Positions 26,588 to 34,150 of a DNA stretch of 34,456 nucleotides are shown piece by piece. The DNA is from a virus (Duplodnaviria > Caudoviricetes). Numbering within the stretch: the stretch's first letter is position 1; the number at the start of each line of letters is the position of its first letter. Below the pieces are notes generated by a model. That model was not told where the DNA came from and made no database searches. It saw only the letters and a list, made by a program, of their open reading frames with translations. A program made the position numbers and the translations under genes. Location of the stretch: positions 1-34,456 of IMG/VR virus record IMGVR_UViG_3300048854_000098. One strand, 5' to 3'.

Positions 26588-26856
26588 CGTGGCTTGAAAG
26601 GGCCCAAACGCCGGCTAGATCTACGGGATCGATACCGGCACCGTGCCGGGGCGAGCAATCCGTTGCTCACCCCAGGCGCAACAGCTGCCAAATCTGTGGT
26701 GGAAGAGGCAGCAACACCAAGGCTTCCGAGCCTTGGAAAAGCGCGATAAAGGGAGGTGGTTGCATGTGGTGTGCCCACCTATCTTTAGCGCGACCCGACA
26801 GCGCTGTGGTGGTGCGTGCCGGGAGGAACTGGGCGACCGTTGGGTCGCCTTTTTTC
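26588..26856 (+). ncRNA. Putative multi-hairpin antisense/regulatory RNA with three GUGGUG loops
   Basis: Extended -10 TGaTACATT (26574-26582); about 8 consecutive hairpins with GAAA/UCCG loops and + strand G-U pairs; intrinsic terminator 26832-26855. Confidence 0.65.
26832..26855 (+). terminator. Intrinsic terminator facing the cro stop codon
   Basis: ggcgacc-gttg-ggtcgcc-tttttt. Confidence 0.8.
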
Positions 26857-26859
26857 TTG

Positions 26860-27120
26860 CTATGCAGCAGCTTTATGAGGGGCCGAAGCGTTCAACAGCC
26901 AAGCTGCTTGGAAGGCGTTACCTTTTTGCTTAGCAGCCGTCGCCAGCAACTCAGCGTATTTGGTTTCACCGGTGTAATCCGTTCGCGGCAGGCAAGCGGC
27001 CTGACGCCATTTGTTCAACGCCTGATAGCTTCTATTGCATGCCTTCGCGGCGGCCCCGATGCCGCCTACGGCTTCAAACGCGAATGCAATTGCGCTCGGA
27101 AAATCTGCGGGGTCCAGCAT
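26860..27120 (-). CDS. Cro-like HTH regulator
   Basis: ATG 27120 with GGAGG RBS; GG..AAAKAC.RS.QAL.KW...LPRTDYTGET motif; divergent from the repressor. Confidence 0.85.
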   Translation of the reverse strand: MLDPADFPSAIAFAFEAVGGIGAAAKACNRSYQALNKWRQAACLPRTDYTGETKYAELLATAAKQKGNAFQAAWLLNASAPHKAAA

Positions 27121-27134
27121 GACAACCTCCATTT

Positions 27135-27208
27135 ATCAACTCGTGGTTGATGTTATAGATCAACTGACTATTGCGCAACCTTTATGAGACTCTCAACTCA
27201 TGGTTGAT
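27135..27208. promoter_or_regulatory. Switch-region operators: 17-bp ATCAAC-N5-GTTGAT sites
   Basis: 27135-27151 (perfect), 27192-27208 (over the repressor ATG), weaker 27159-27175; leftward promoter TTGCGC-N17-TAACAT at 27178-27150. Confidence 0.7.
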
Positions 27209-27937
27209 AAAAATACTCTCCGCGCAGCTTTCAGCGAGCGCCTACACGAAGCACTCGACGATGCCGGCGTACGTAGCCGCGGTCGTGGGGTCGATATCCA
27301 TCGTAAATTGAAAAGCTTGGGAGTAGATAAGACGACGCAGGCCATAAGCAAGTGGCTGAATGGGGAGGCGATAGCTGAAGCTGATAGCATGGCCGCACTT
27401 TGCACTTGGCTGGATGTGCGCAGAGAATGGTTGGAGTATGGGGTCGCCCCGAAAGAACTGCCCGGCAAAACTCATGGAAATGTGTACAGCGTGAGTAATT
27501 ACGGAGAGAGCAATGTCCGCGAAATCAACCAGCGCTTCGGTAAGGTTCCACTCATCTCTTGGGTTCAGGCCGGCGCTTGGTGTGAAGCTATCTCTAACTT
27601 CGAGTCATATGAGGCAGACGCATGGATATCTTGCCCGGTTCCGATCAGCAGTCACGGGTATGCATTGAGAGTGCTTGGCGACTCAATGACTAATCCCGGA
27701 TCCGGTCGCAGCTATCCAACTGGATGCATCATTTTCGTTGATCCCGACGCGGAGACCAAAACAGGGGACCGAGTGATTGCTAGGCTGCCACGAACCAATG
27801 AAGCCACATTTAAAATATTGGTTGAAGATGCCGGCAGGCAATACCTAAGACCAATAAATCCACAGTATCCAATTATTGAAATCACAGAGGAAACCCACAT
27901 CTGCGGGAAAGTAGTGGGCTCTTTTATCCCTGACTAA
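27200..27937 (+). CDS. CI/PrtR-like repressor: N-terminal HTH plus S24 autopeptidase
   Basis: QAISKWLNG HTH; VPLISWVQAG (Ala-Gly cleavage site), GDSM, ATFK. Confidence 0.95.
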   Translation: MVDKNTLRAAFSERLHEALDDAGVRSRGRGVDIHRKLKSLGVDKTTQAISKWLNGEAIAEADSMAALCTWLDVRREWLEYGVAPKELPGKTHGNVYSVSNYGESNVREINQRFGKVPLISWVQAGAWCEAISNFESYEADAWISCPVPISSHGYALRVLGDSMTNPGSGRSYPTGCIIFVDPDAETKTGDRVIARLPRTNEATFKILVEDAGRQYLRPINPQYPIIEITEETHICGKVVGSFIPD

Positions 27938-27961
27938 AACAATAAAAAATCAATTTATTAA

Positions 27962-28975
27962 CTACTTCACTTCAAAGGTATTATAGTAATTAATTGTGTC
28001 ATTTCCCCGCATATCGTAATCCGCAATATAAACGCGGGCACCTTGAGTTATTAGTTTCCTACCAAAATCCTTCAAGTATTCGACGTCTGATTTGAAGTTC
28101 CCCAAGCTCAGCATCTGATGGCCTAGGTTAGTCAGAATATAGCCAGATATAACTACTGAGGCGTTTTGTTGTGGATGATTTATAAGCAGACACTTGTTAT
28201 TTGCAAGAACGGTTCGCGACCACGGGGCGCCATCCTCGCTTGAAAACGTTCTGCGAACACCTCCTCCTGATACACCGCTGATAATGCCCAAGGTGTCAAG
28301 CTCTAGAAGTTGATTAAAAGACAGGTGACTATCGAGATTTTCGTCCAACAATACCAAGCCGTCGACTGTAAGCTGGCATGCAACCTCTATGAGTTTTGCT
28401 TCAGATTGTTCTAAATTTCTCAGAAACTCCATACACCTTAAGCTGTATGTGCCTGGGGCCTTTACCTCTCCAGCCAATAAACTTCCCCACAATCTTTGCA
28501 TATCCTCAGAGCTAACATCCCCAGCGTAGTCTCGCCATCTATAAACCCAGTCATCATTAACTTTTTCATCAGTTGCACTATCATCATTCTCAGTATGGAT
28601 TTTCTCTTCAGCATGAAGGATAGCTTTAGCAACGTTAATTTCTTTTCTTATCGAGTCGAGCGCTGTGCGATTATTCGATTGCTCTATAAGGTCCACAATA
28701 TCTAGCGTGGGTTCAACTCGTTCTGCGAGTCCAGTGAGTGACTTTGCAGACGAAAATTTTAATTGTAGATTGAAGTCTGATAAAGACTTTGTACCAGAAT
28801 TTATTTCTTCAACGTCTCGCGCAGCCTGAGCAAGAGTTAATAGCTCTGCTCTTTTTAGCTCTAATCCAACCAAGCCTTCACGTCTTTGCTGACCAGGTCG
28901 TAGCCAACCGCCTATGGCTTTCTCTGAAAGGGTTTCCCAGAGCTTTATCATCAGTTTTTCGCCAGGTAATTCCAT
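27962..28975 (-). CDS. DUF2806-like protein, AT-rich moron in the immunity region
   Basis: DDW..RW...A.DVS.EDMQ.LWG.LLAGEVK.PG.YSLR motif; low GC; convergent with the repressor. Confidence 0.75.
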   Translation of the reverse strand: MELPGEKLMIKLWETLSEKAIGGWLRPGQQRREGLVGLELKRAELLTLAQAARDVEEINSGTKSLSDFNLQLKFSSAKSLTGLAERVEPTLDIVDLIEQSNNRTALDSIRKEINVAKAILHAEEKIHTENDDSATDEKVNDDWVYRWRDYAGDVSSEDMQRLWGSLLAGEVKAPGTYSLRCMEFLRNLEQSEAKLIEVACQLTVDGLVLLDENLDSHLSFNQLLELDTLGIISGVSGGGVRRTFSSEDGAPWSRTVLANNKCLLINHPQQNASVVISGYILTNLGHQMLSLGNFKSDVEYLKDFGRKLITQGARVYIADYDMRGNDTINYYNTFEVK

Positions 28976-29073
28976 ATTTTTTACCCTGAATTTGCCGTCG
29001 GGCGCTTATCAGTCAAGCGCTTCCCTTTAGTCCATTCAGCAAAATTACAGGCCCAATGACATCAACACAAAAC

Positions 29074-29117
29074 ATCAACCTTTGGTTGTTGACAATTAGC
29101 AACTATCAGTTGATATT
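29074..29117 (+). promoter_or_regulatory. Early rightward promoter (TTGACA-N17-GATATT) overlapped by two repressor operators
   Basis: Operators ATCAAC-ctttg-GTTGTT (29074-29090) and AGCAAC-tatca-GTTGAT (29098-29114); -35 at 29089-29094. Confidence 0.75.
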
Positions 29118-29152
29118 TGCCTTACTCTTCCACCACAGAGCGAGGCAAAACC

Positions 29153-29329
29153 ATGCACACCGCAGCAACCCTGCACGTCCACCCGGCCGCTGCTGACCCT
29201 TCCCGTATCTTCGAGATCCGCCGCCTAGCACGTGAGAGCGGTTGCTCGTTTGTCACCAGCAAACCGAAGCAGCAAGCTCGCACCTCCCCCACCCCATTCG
29301 ATCCAAACGGCGGAGGGCACGCGGCATGA
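29153..29329 (+). CDS. Small early protein, 58 aa
   Basis: GAGG RBS, ATG 29153; ends GG.AA with ATGA coupling. Confidence 0.7.
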   Translation: MHTAATLHVHPAAADPSRIFEIRRLARESGCSFVTSKPKQQARTSPTPFDPNGGGHAA

Positions 29330-29916
29330 TCAAGTACAAAATCGACAACCGTACACTGCAGTTGCTCAATGCCCAGGTCAACCTGACCGAGACCTTCAAC
29401 CACGTCCTCAGGACAGCGCCCAAACGTGAGTTCCTGGCGTTCCGTCTCAAGGTCGACCGCGGTACTACGGAGAGCACTTTCGTCGTCGAGATGGGCAGCG
29501 AACGCCACACGCTGACCCTGCCAAACGACAAAAAAATGCACCTCAAGCTAGCCGACTTCATCGAAGAGATCGCCAACGGCCCCTTCGACGCAAGCAACAC
29601 AAGCGATCTGGTAAACCACCCGCACGCCAGCCGCGAATACGGCCGCTTCGAGGTCTCGGACAAACAACGCGTTCTGGAACTGGTAGGCAGCGGCGGCGTG
29701 TTAAGCCTCGACATGGGCTTCGACTACCCCCTACACGTTGCGCTGCACCGCACCCAATCGCGCTCGGGCGTCACCACCATCCTGAGCATCGGCAACACAA
29801 GCCCGCATACCCGGTGCTTCACCGTATACGGCACCGATGTCGAGATCTATGGCAAGGTCACCGAGTCCATCAACCACCTCGCTGCAGCGGCCACCCCAGC
29901 CGCGCACGCGGCATGA
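29326..29916 (+). CDS. Hypothetical early phage protein, 196 aa
   Basis: GGAGG RBS and ATGA overlap. Confidence 0.8.
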   Translation: MIKYKIDNRTLQLLNAQVNLTETFNHVLRTAPKREFLAFRLKVDRGTTESTFVVEMGSERHTLTLPNDKKMHLKLADFIEEIANGPFDASNTSDLVNHPHASREYGRFEVSDKQRVLELVGSGGVLSLDMGFDYPLHVALHRTQSRSGVTTILSIGNTSPHTRCFTVYGTDVEIYGKVTESINHLAAAATPAAHAA

Positions 29917-29926
29917 GGGGGACGCC

Positions 29927-30211
29927 ATGGAACGCACCCTCGCCCAGGCCGCAACCCAACTCGGCCTGACCCGGCCCAAGCTCATCGCTCGCATGCGGGA
30001 GAAAGGCCTGCTCACCGAACGGAACCTGCCGGCCTACCCCAACCGTGACCGCGACTACCTGCGAATCAAGGATGGCCAGTGGTACCACGACCAGCTCGGC
30101 ATGCAGTACAGCCAGTCGACCAAAGTGAAACAACCTGGCATCCGCTGGCTGGCGGAACATTTGGGGATCGACCTTCCTGCCATACCGGCAGACAACCGTG
30201 ACGTGGCCTAG
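29927..30211 (+). CDS. Antirepressor KilAC-domain protein
   Basis: AA..LG..R.KL...MRE.G.L...NLP...T.V...GI.WL pattern. Confidence 0.75.
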   Translation: MERTLAQAATQLGLTRPKLIARMREKGLLTERNLPAYPNRDRDYLRIKDGQWYHDQLGMQYSQSTKVKQPGIRWLAEHLGIDLPAIPADNRDVA

Positions 30212-30371
30212 GGAATACGCCCGCCAGATCATCGCCATGCGGACACGAGAGGAGCGCAACGCCGCGCTCCTTGAAGTGCCCGAACATCTGCGCGAGCTGA
30301 CAAAACGGCACTGCCTGAACGCCTGGAATCACCCAACAAGGAGAAAGAACCATGGACAACGACCTGATTGA
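30198..30371 (+). CDS. Small phage protein, 57 aa (below the ORF-track cutoff)
   Basis: GTG 30198: (M)TWPREYARQIIAMRTREERNAALLEVPEHLRELTKRHC...; fills the gap between neighbours. Confidence 0.6.
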   Translation: MTWPREYARQIIAMRTREERNAALLEVPEHLRELTKRHCLNAWNHPTRRKNHGQRPD

Positions 30372-30765
30372 TCAACAGATCCTCGAACTGCTGCGTACTC
30401 CGGTAACCAACCGAACCCAACTGCACGTCGCCTCGGCGTTGGCACGCATCGCCGAGGCAGCCCAACTGATCCAAGCGTCACGGCCTGACGACTTTGGCAC
30501 TCAACCCTACCTGTTCGAACTGCAACGCGAACAACTCAAATTGGCAGCAATTGCCGACTTTCTTGGAGAGGAACTGAACTTCAAACACTGTGACACGCAG
30601 CTCAATATCCGTGAGTCGGGCCTCACTTGGCATACCGCCCTGACCGTACTGTTCACCAACCCCAACTCTCAAGCAGGCGACCCTTTTCTAATCGGTCATG
30701 GAAATACTGCCGAAGAAGCCCTGCGCGACCTCCACACCATGATCAAGGGCGGTCGAGCGGCATGA
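30352..30765 (+). CDS. Hypothetical protein, 137 aa
   Basis: AAGGAG RBS, ATGA coupling to the next gene. Confidence 0.75.
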   Translation: MDNDLIDQQILELLRTPVTNRTQLHVASALARIAEAAQLIQASRPDDFGTQPYLFELQREQLKLAAIADFLGEELNFKHCDTQLNIRESGLTWHTALTVLFTNPNSQAGDPFLIGHGNTAEEALRDLHTMIKGGRAA

Positions 30766-31079
30766 AGGATTCCAGCCAAAACCCGCTCCGTCTGCACCTA
30801 GCCCCGGAATCAGCGACAGTCGAATTGCTCTACCGCATCTTCGGCGACGTCCTGATCCCGCTGGACAAGGTGCGCGAGCAGTACTTCCGCAACCTCAACG
30901 AGCAATCGTTCGTGGCCGAGATCAGCAGCGGCCGCATCCAGCTCCCCATCACCACGCTGGACACCAGCCGCAAGGCACCGAAATACGCCCACATCCGGCA
31001 CGTCGCCTCACTGATCGACATCCGCGCCTACAAGGCCGACGAAGATATGCAACGACAGCAGGACGACACCAACGAGTAA
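30762..31079 (+). CDS. prtN: Pyocin activator PrtN-family transcriptional activator
   Basis: TVELLYRIFGDVLIPL.KVRE.YFRNLN...F.....SGRI.LP.TTLD.S.KA closely resembles P. aeruginosa PrtN. Confidence 0.85.
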   Translation: MKDSSQNPLRLHLAPESATVELLYRIFGDVLIPLDKVREQYFRNLNEQSFVAEISSGRIQLPITTLDTSRKAPKYAHIRHVASLIDIRAYKADEDMQRQQDDTNE

Positions 31080-31136
31080 TACCCAATACCGAACGGCTGC
31101 CACCACCAGCCAATGACATCACCAGGAGCACACCAC

Positions 31137-31616
31137 ATGACTGCAGTTCAAATCTACGCGCTGATAGCAATCGTCCTCATGATGGCCGCCACCTATTGGC
31201 TCGCCTACCGGAATGGTTTCAGCAATGGCCACGCCGAAGGCCAATCAGAGGGTTACAGCGAAGGCTATGACGTCGGCGGCTGCGTAGGGTATCGAGATGG
31301 AATGGATGAGGGAAAAGCCATTCAGCGATCTGAAAGCTGGGAAGAGAATCGTAACTTGGAACTTGCCCTCTGCCAGGCCAATGACCAACGCGAGAAACTT
31401 TACGCTCATTACGAGCGCGCCCTCGCTGCGACGAAACTGGGTGAACAAGAACGACTGACCCTATTGGAAATCGCCGAAAAACTACGGATCGCATCTGAGA
31501 CGTTCAGCGCCTTCCGCACCGGCAAAAAACTGGAACGCGACACACGTGGTCTCCGTGATCAAGCGCTCGCCATTGCAGCCCTGCTGGAGCCGGCAAATCA
31601 GGAGAGCGCCGCATGA
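31137..31616 (+). CDS. Membrane-anchored protein with G-x-x-x repeats and coiled coil
   Basis: AGGAG RBS, ATG 31137; N-terminal TM then GFSNGHAEGQSEGYSEG. Confidence 0.8.
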   Translation: MTAVQIYALIAIVLMMAATYWLAYRNGFSNGHAEGQSEGYSEGYDVGGCVGYRDGMDEGKAIQRSESWEENRNLELALCQANDQREKLYAHYERALAATKLGEQERLTLLEIAEKLRIASETFSAFRTGKKLERDTRGLRDQALAIAALLEPANQESAA

Positions 31617-32224
31617 GCCAGATCTGCCCTCAATCGAATACCCACCGCAACACGGCTCACGCCCCTTCCGCGGCTGATGAACCAACGCGCACTCGAACCT
31701 CGGAGGAAAGCGGCATGCAAAAGGACCAGCACAACACCCAATCCACGACCGCTTTGCTCCGCAAGGAAACCAGCGTCGACACACCAGAAACAAACAGCCT
31801 CTGCTGCGCAGCAGCAGGCATTATCGCTCCTTCCAGCAGCACCACCGAGGCGCTTATACCCCACGAAAAGCTGCGCGAGGCAGCCACACCCAATGCAACG
31901 CTAATCGCTCAGAATTGCCCGCCCGCGCAGCCTGCTGTGGGGTATACGCACCCTGACAGCAACTCTGAAAGCCTTTCACAAGAAGCCGCCGACGAGATTC
32001 AGATCGACGAGCGCGCTGAGTTCGAGAAGGAGTTCCCAGTCCCCGAAGGCCTGCAGTACTGCACTCAGCGAGGCACGTACATCACCGCACCAGGTGCAAA
32101 GACATCCGACTCGTTCGCCCGTGAGCATTACGCATACCGGGCCGGCTTCGCCGCATGGAAGCGCAGAGCGTGGAAGCACGCCGTAATCGTTGCCCAACGA
32201 GCCAAGGGAGAGGTGTTGCAATGA
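31613..32224 (+). CDS. Hypothetical protein; low-complexity N-terminus, ERAEFEK-type C-terminal domain
   Basis: ATGA coupling at both ends; true start uncertain. Confidence 0.6.
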   Translation: MSQICPQSNTHRNTAHAPSAADEPTRTRTSEESGMQKDQHNTQSTTALLRKETSVDTPETNSLCCAAAGIIAPSSSTTEALIPHEKLREAATPNATLIAQNCPPAQPAVGYTHPDSNSESLSQEAADEIQIDERAEFEKEFPVPEGLQYCTQRGTYITAPGAKTSDSFAREHYAYRAGFAAWKRRAWKHAVIVAQRAKGEVLQ

Positions 32225-32490
32225 ATACCTTGTTTTTACTAATGGCTCAGTACGATGGGCAGGCAGTCATTCCGCTTGACAGGGTGTGCGCGGATTACAT
32301 GCATTTGACGGTGGAAAAATTCAAACGGAAACAGCTGGATGGTGAGATCGACATCGCAGTCGTGCGACTAGGCGCGAACTCCCAAAAAGCTGCGCTTGGA
32401 ATTCACCTGAAGGACCTAGCGGACTACATCGACCGGCAGCGCGAGAAAGCTATGAAAGAGCAGAATCAGTTGATGGGCAGAGCTGCATGA
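32221..32490 (+). CDS. Second PrtN-family wHTH protein, probable excisionase/directionality factor
   Basis: MNTLFLLMAQY.G.AVIPL..VC.DY..SQKA...HL.DLA.YID; last early gene, facing the integrase. Confidence 0.75.
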   Translation: MNTLFLLMAQYDGQAVIPLDRVCADYMHLTVEKFKRKQLDGEIDIAVVRLGANSQKAALGIHLKDLADYIDRQREKAMKEQNQLMGRAA

Positions 32491-32498
32491 GGGCCTGA

Positions 32499-32521
32499 TG
32501 CGGGGTCGAGACGACCCCGCA
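32499..32521. terminator. Perfect 10-bp hairpin between convergent genes
   Basis: tgcggggtcg-aga-cgaccccgca. Confidence 0.6.
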
Positions 32522-32523
32522 AT

Positions 32524-32937
32524 TCATTTAGACGAGAGCAGTTCAAGCACCGGCTGCTTGAGCCTTATCAGAAAATGCATAGCCCAAAACATTCCCGCCA
32601 CCAGACCAACAATCGCGAACAGAATCCCTCTATTCCCCCCCCAATGAATGCCAAGTAACAACGCGCAGCCAGCAAACAGATAACCCAGAAACACGATGCA
32701 CAAGATGCGTCGAATCTTTCTCCAGAGCGAAGAGTTTTCTTCGGTATATGGACAGGCTGCGAGTTCAGACATCACATGGTAAGCAAGGCCTCCACCAAAA
32801 AGGATGGTGCAGAAAATCAGGTATTGGAAAACACTGAACTCATTCTGCGAGATCATTACGAAGTACCAAAGAAACAGGCTGACTGCCACGCCCCACAACA
32901 CCAACACGTTTCGCTTAACATCTAATAGCCTTTTCAT
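32524..32937 (-). CDS. Accessory 4-TM membrane protein downstream of the integrase
   Basis: 137 aa, four hydrophobic segments, GGGGAG RBS right after the int stop. Confidence 0.75.
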   Translation of the reverse strand: MKRLLDVKRNVLVLWGVAVSLFLWYFVMISQNEFSVFQYLIFCTILFGGGLAYHVMSELAACPYTEENSSLWRKIRRILCIVFLGYLFAGCALLLGIHWGGNRGILFAIVGLVAGMFWAMHFLIRLKQPVLELLSSK

Positions 32938-32947
32938 ATACTCCCCT

Positions 32948-34048
32948 TCAAAGATGTTTAGCGCACACTTGGCTTAGCCATTTCCATTGTTTGAATCTGT
33001 CTCCCCGACCTTTCAGATGGGTATAGCGACGCATTGAATTCCAATCTCTGTGACCAGAGACGCCGGCCACCCGGGGAATGTCCCAGTCCATCTCAAACAG
33101 CCGGCTTACCCCTTCATGCCGTAAATCATGGAAATGCAGATCCTCAATGCCGAGCATCGGGCAGGCCCGAGTGAAAGAGGCCGACACCGACTTCGCGTTG
33201 TAAGGGAAGATCTCCCTCTCAACCTTGGGCATGCTCTGCAGAATTGCCCAAGCCTCATCAGGCAGATGACACCACACATCATTACCAATCTTCTGCCCAG
33301 GGTTTTTCATATCGCGCACGAGGACAGCCTGTCGCGAATCGTCAAGATCATCCCAGCGAATCCTTGTAATTTCTTCCTGCCGACGTGTCGAAAAGAGCGC
33401 AAAGGCGATAACCTTCGGCATGTCGATCTGTGCCTTGCGGCGCTCCTGCATTTCGAAGAAATGCGCCATGAGCTTGTCCAGCTCCTCCAATGACGGTCGC
33501 CGGCTTCGCTCCTTGCTCTTGCTCACCATGCCTAGCTTACGCAACACCCTACGCGCGTCCGGCATCGCTAACGCATCCACCTCATAGCCCCAAGCAGGCC
33601 GGGCCACAGACAACACCGCCCCCAGGTGCGACAGATCGTTGCCAACCGTCTGCGCCTGAACGCCGCCGCCCTCTTTACTCATCCGCCATTGTGCGAACTC
33701 CACCAGCTTCTGACTGGTCAGCGCCGAGTCGTCGAGATCACCCAACCAGGTGTCCTTGATCGCATTCAGTGTTGCGTTCTTTGTCTTACCCAGCGGCCGG
33801 ATTTTCTCGTACTCATCCAGGTACTGCTCGATCATCTTCCTGATCGTCACACCCTTGCGGTTCGCTCGATCGATTGCACCAGGCTCAGACAGCTCAGTCT
33901 CACGCCGCTTGATCCAAGCCTGGGCGACCTGCTTACGGTCGAATGTTTGGCTTTCCTGATAAACTGTGCGCCCGTCCCGATTGATCCGTATCTGCGCCGT
34001 GTAGGCCGTCGAGTTGTCCTTGCGCTTGCGTGATGTGATCGTGCCCAT
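32948..34048 (-). CDS. int: Tyrosine integrase, dusA-associated type
   Basis: Catalytic R (STRRQEEI), HDLRH, GH..W..MRRY; divergent from dusA. Confidence 0.95.
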   Translation of the reverse strand: MGTITSRKRKDNSTAYTAQIRINRDGRTVYQESQTFDRKQVAQAWIKRRETELSEPGAIDRANRKGVTIRKMIEQYLDEYEKIRPLGKTKNATLNAIKDTWLGDLDDSALTSQKLVEFAQWRMSKEGGGVQAQTVGNDLSHLGAVLSVARPAWGYEVDALAMPDARRVLRKLGMVSKSKERSRRPSLEELDKLMAHFFEMQERRKAQIDMPKVIAFALFSTRRQEEITRIRWDDLDDSRQAVLVRDMKNPGQKIGNDVWCHLPDEAWAILQSMPKVEREIFPYNAKSVSASFTRACPMLGIEDLHFHDLRHEGVSRLFEMDWDIPRVAGVSGHRDWNSMRRYTHLKGRGDRFKQWKWLSQVCAKHL

Positions 34049-34054
34049 TTCCAG

Positions 34055-34092
34055 TTGCTACATTGCCGAATTCGATTGCTACATTGTAGCAA
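34055..34092. repeat. Direct and inverted TTGCTACA(TTG) repeats, candidate integrase arm-type sites
   Basis: ttgctacattg at 34055 and 34076; palindrome ttgctaca-t-tgtagcaa 34076-34092. Confidence 0.6.
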
Positions 34093-34129
34093 CCGACTTC
34101 AGAAAACAAGGAAAAATGGGTAAAAACCG

Positions 34130-34145
34130 CTGTATAAAAGATCAG
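34130..34145. promoter_or_regulatory. Putative LexA box between int and dusA
   Basis: CTGTATAAAAGATCAG matches CTG-N10-CAG. Confidence 0.55.
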
Positions 34146-34150
34146 TATCA

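Noticed and set aside
26588-26856. CRISPR mini-array or tRNA
   Set aside because: No identical direct repeats with regular spacers, no cas genes, no cloverleaf or T-loop consensus
26533-26933. ORFs 26533-26778 (-), 26643-26933 (+) and 26515-27150 (+)
   Set aside because: No convincing RBS or protein features; the dense hairpins and terminator are better explained as structured RNA
31802-31850. Palindrome tgctgcgcagca and a nearby gcaccacc seed inside ORF 31613-32224
   Set aside because: Short matches expected by chance in GC-rich coding DNA; no convincing promoter
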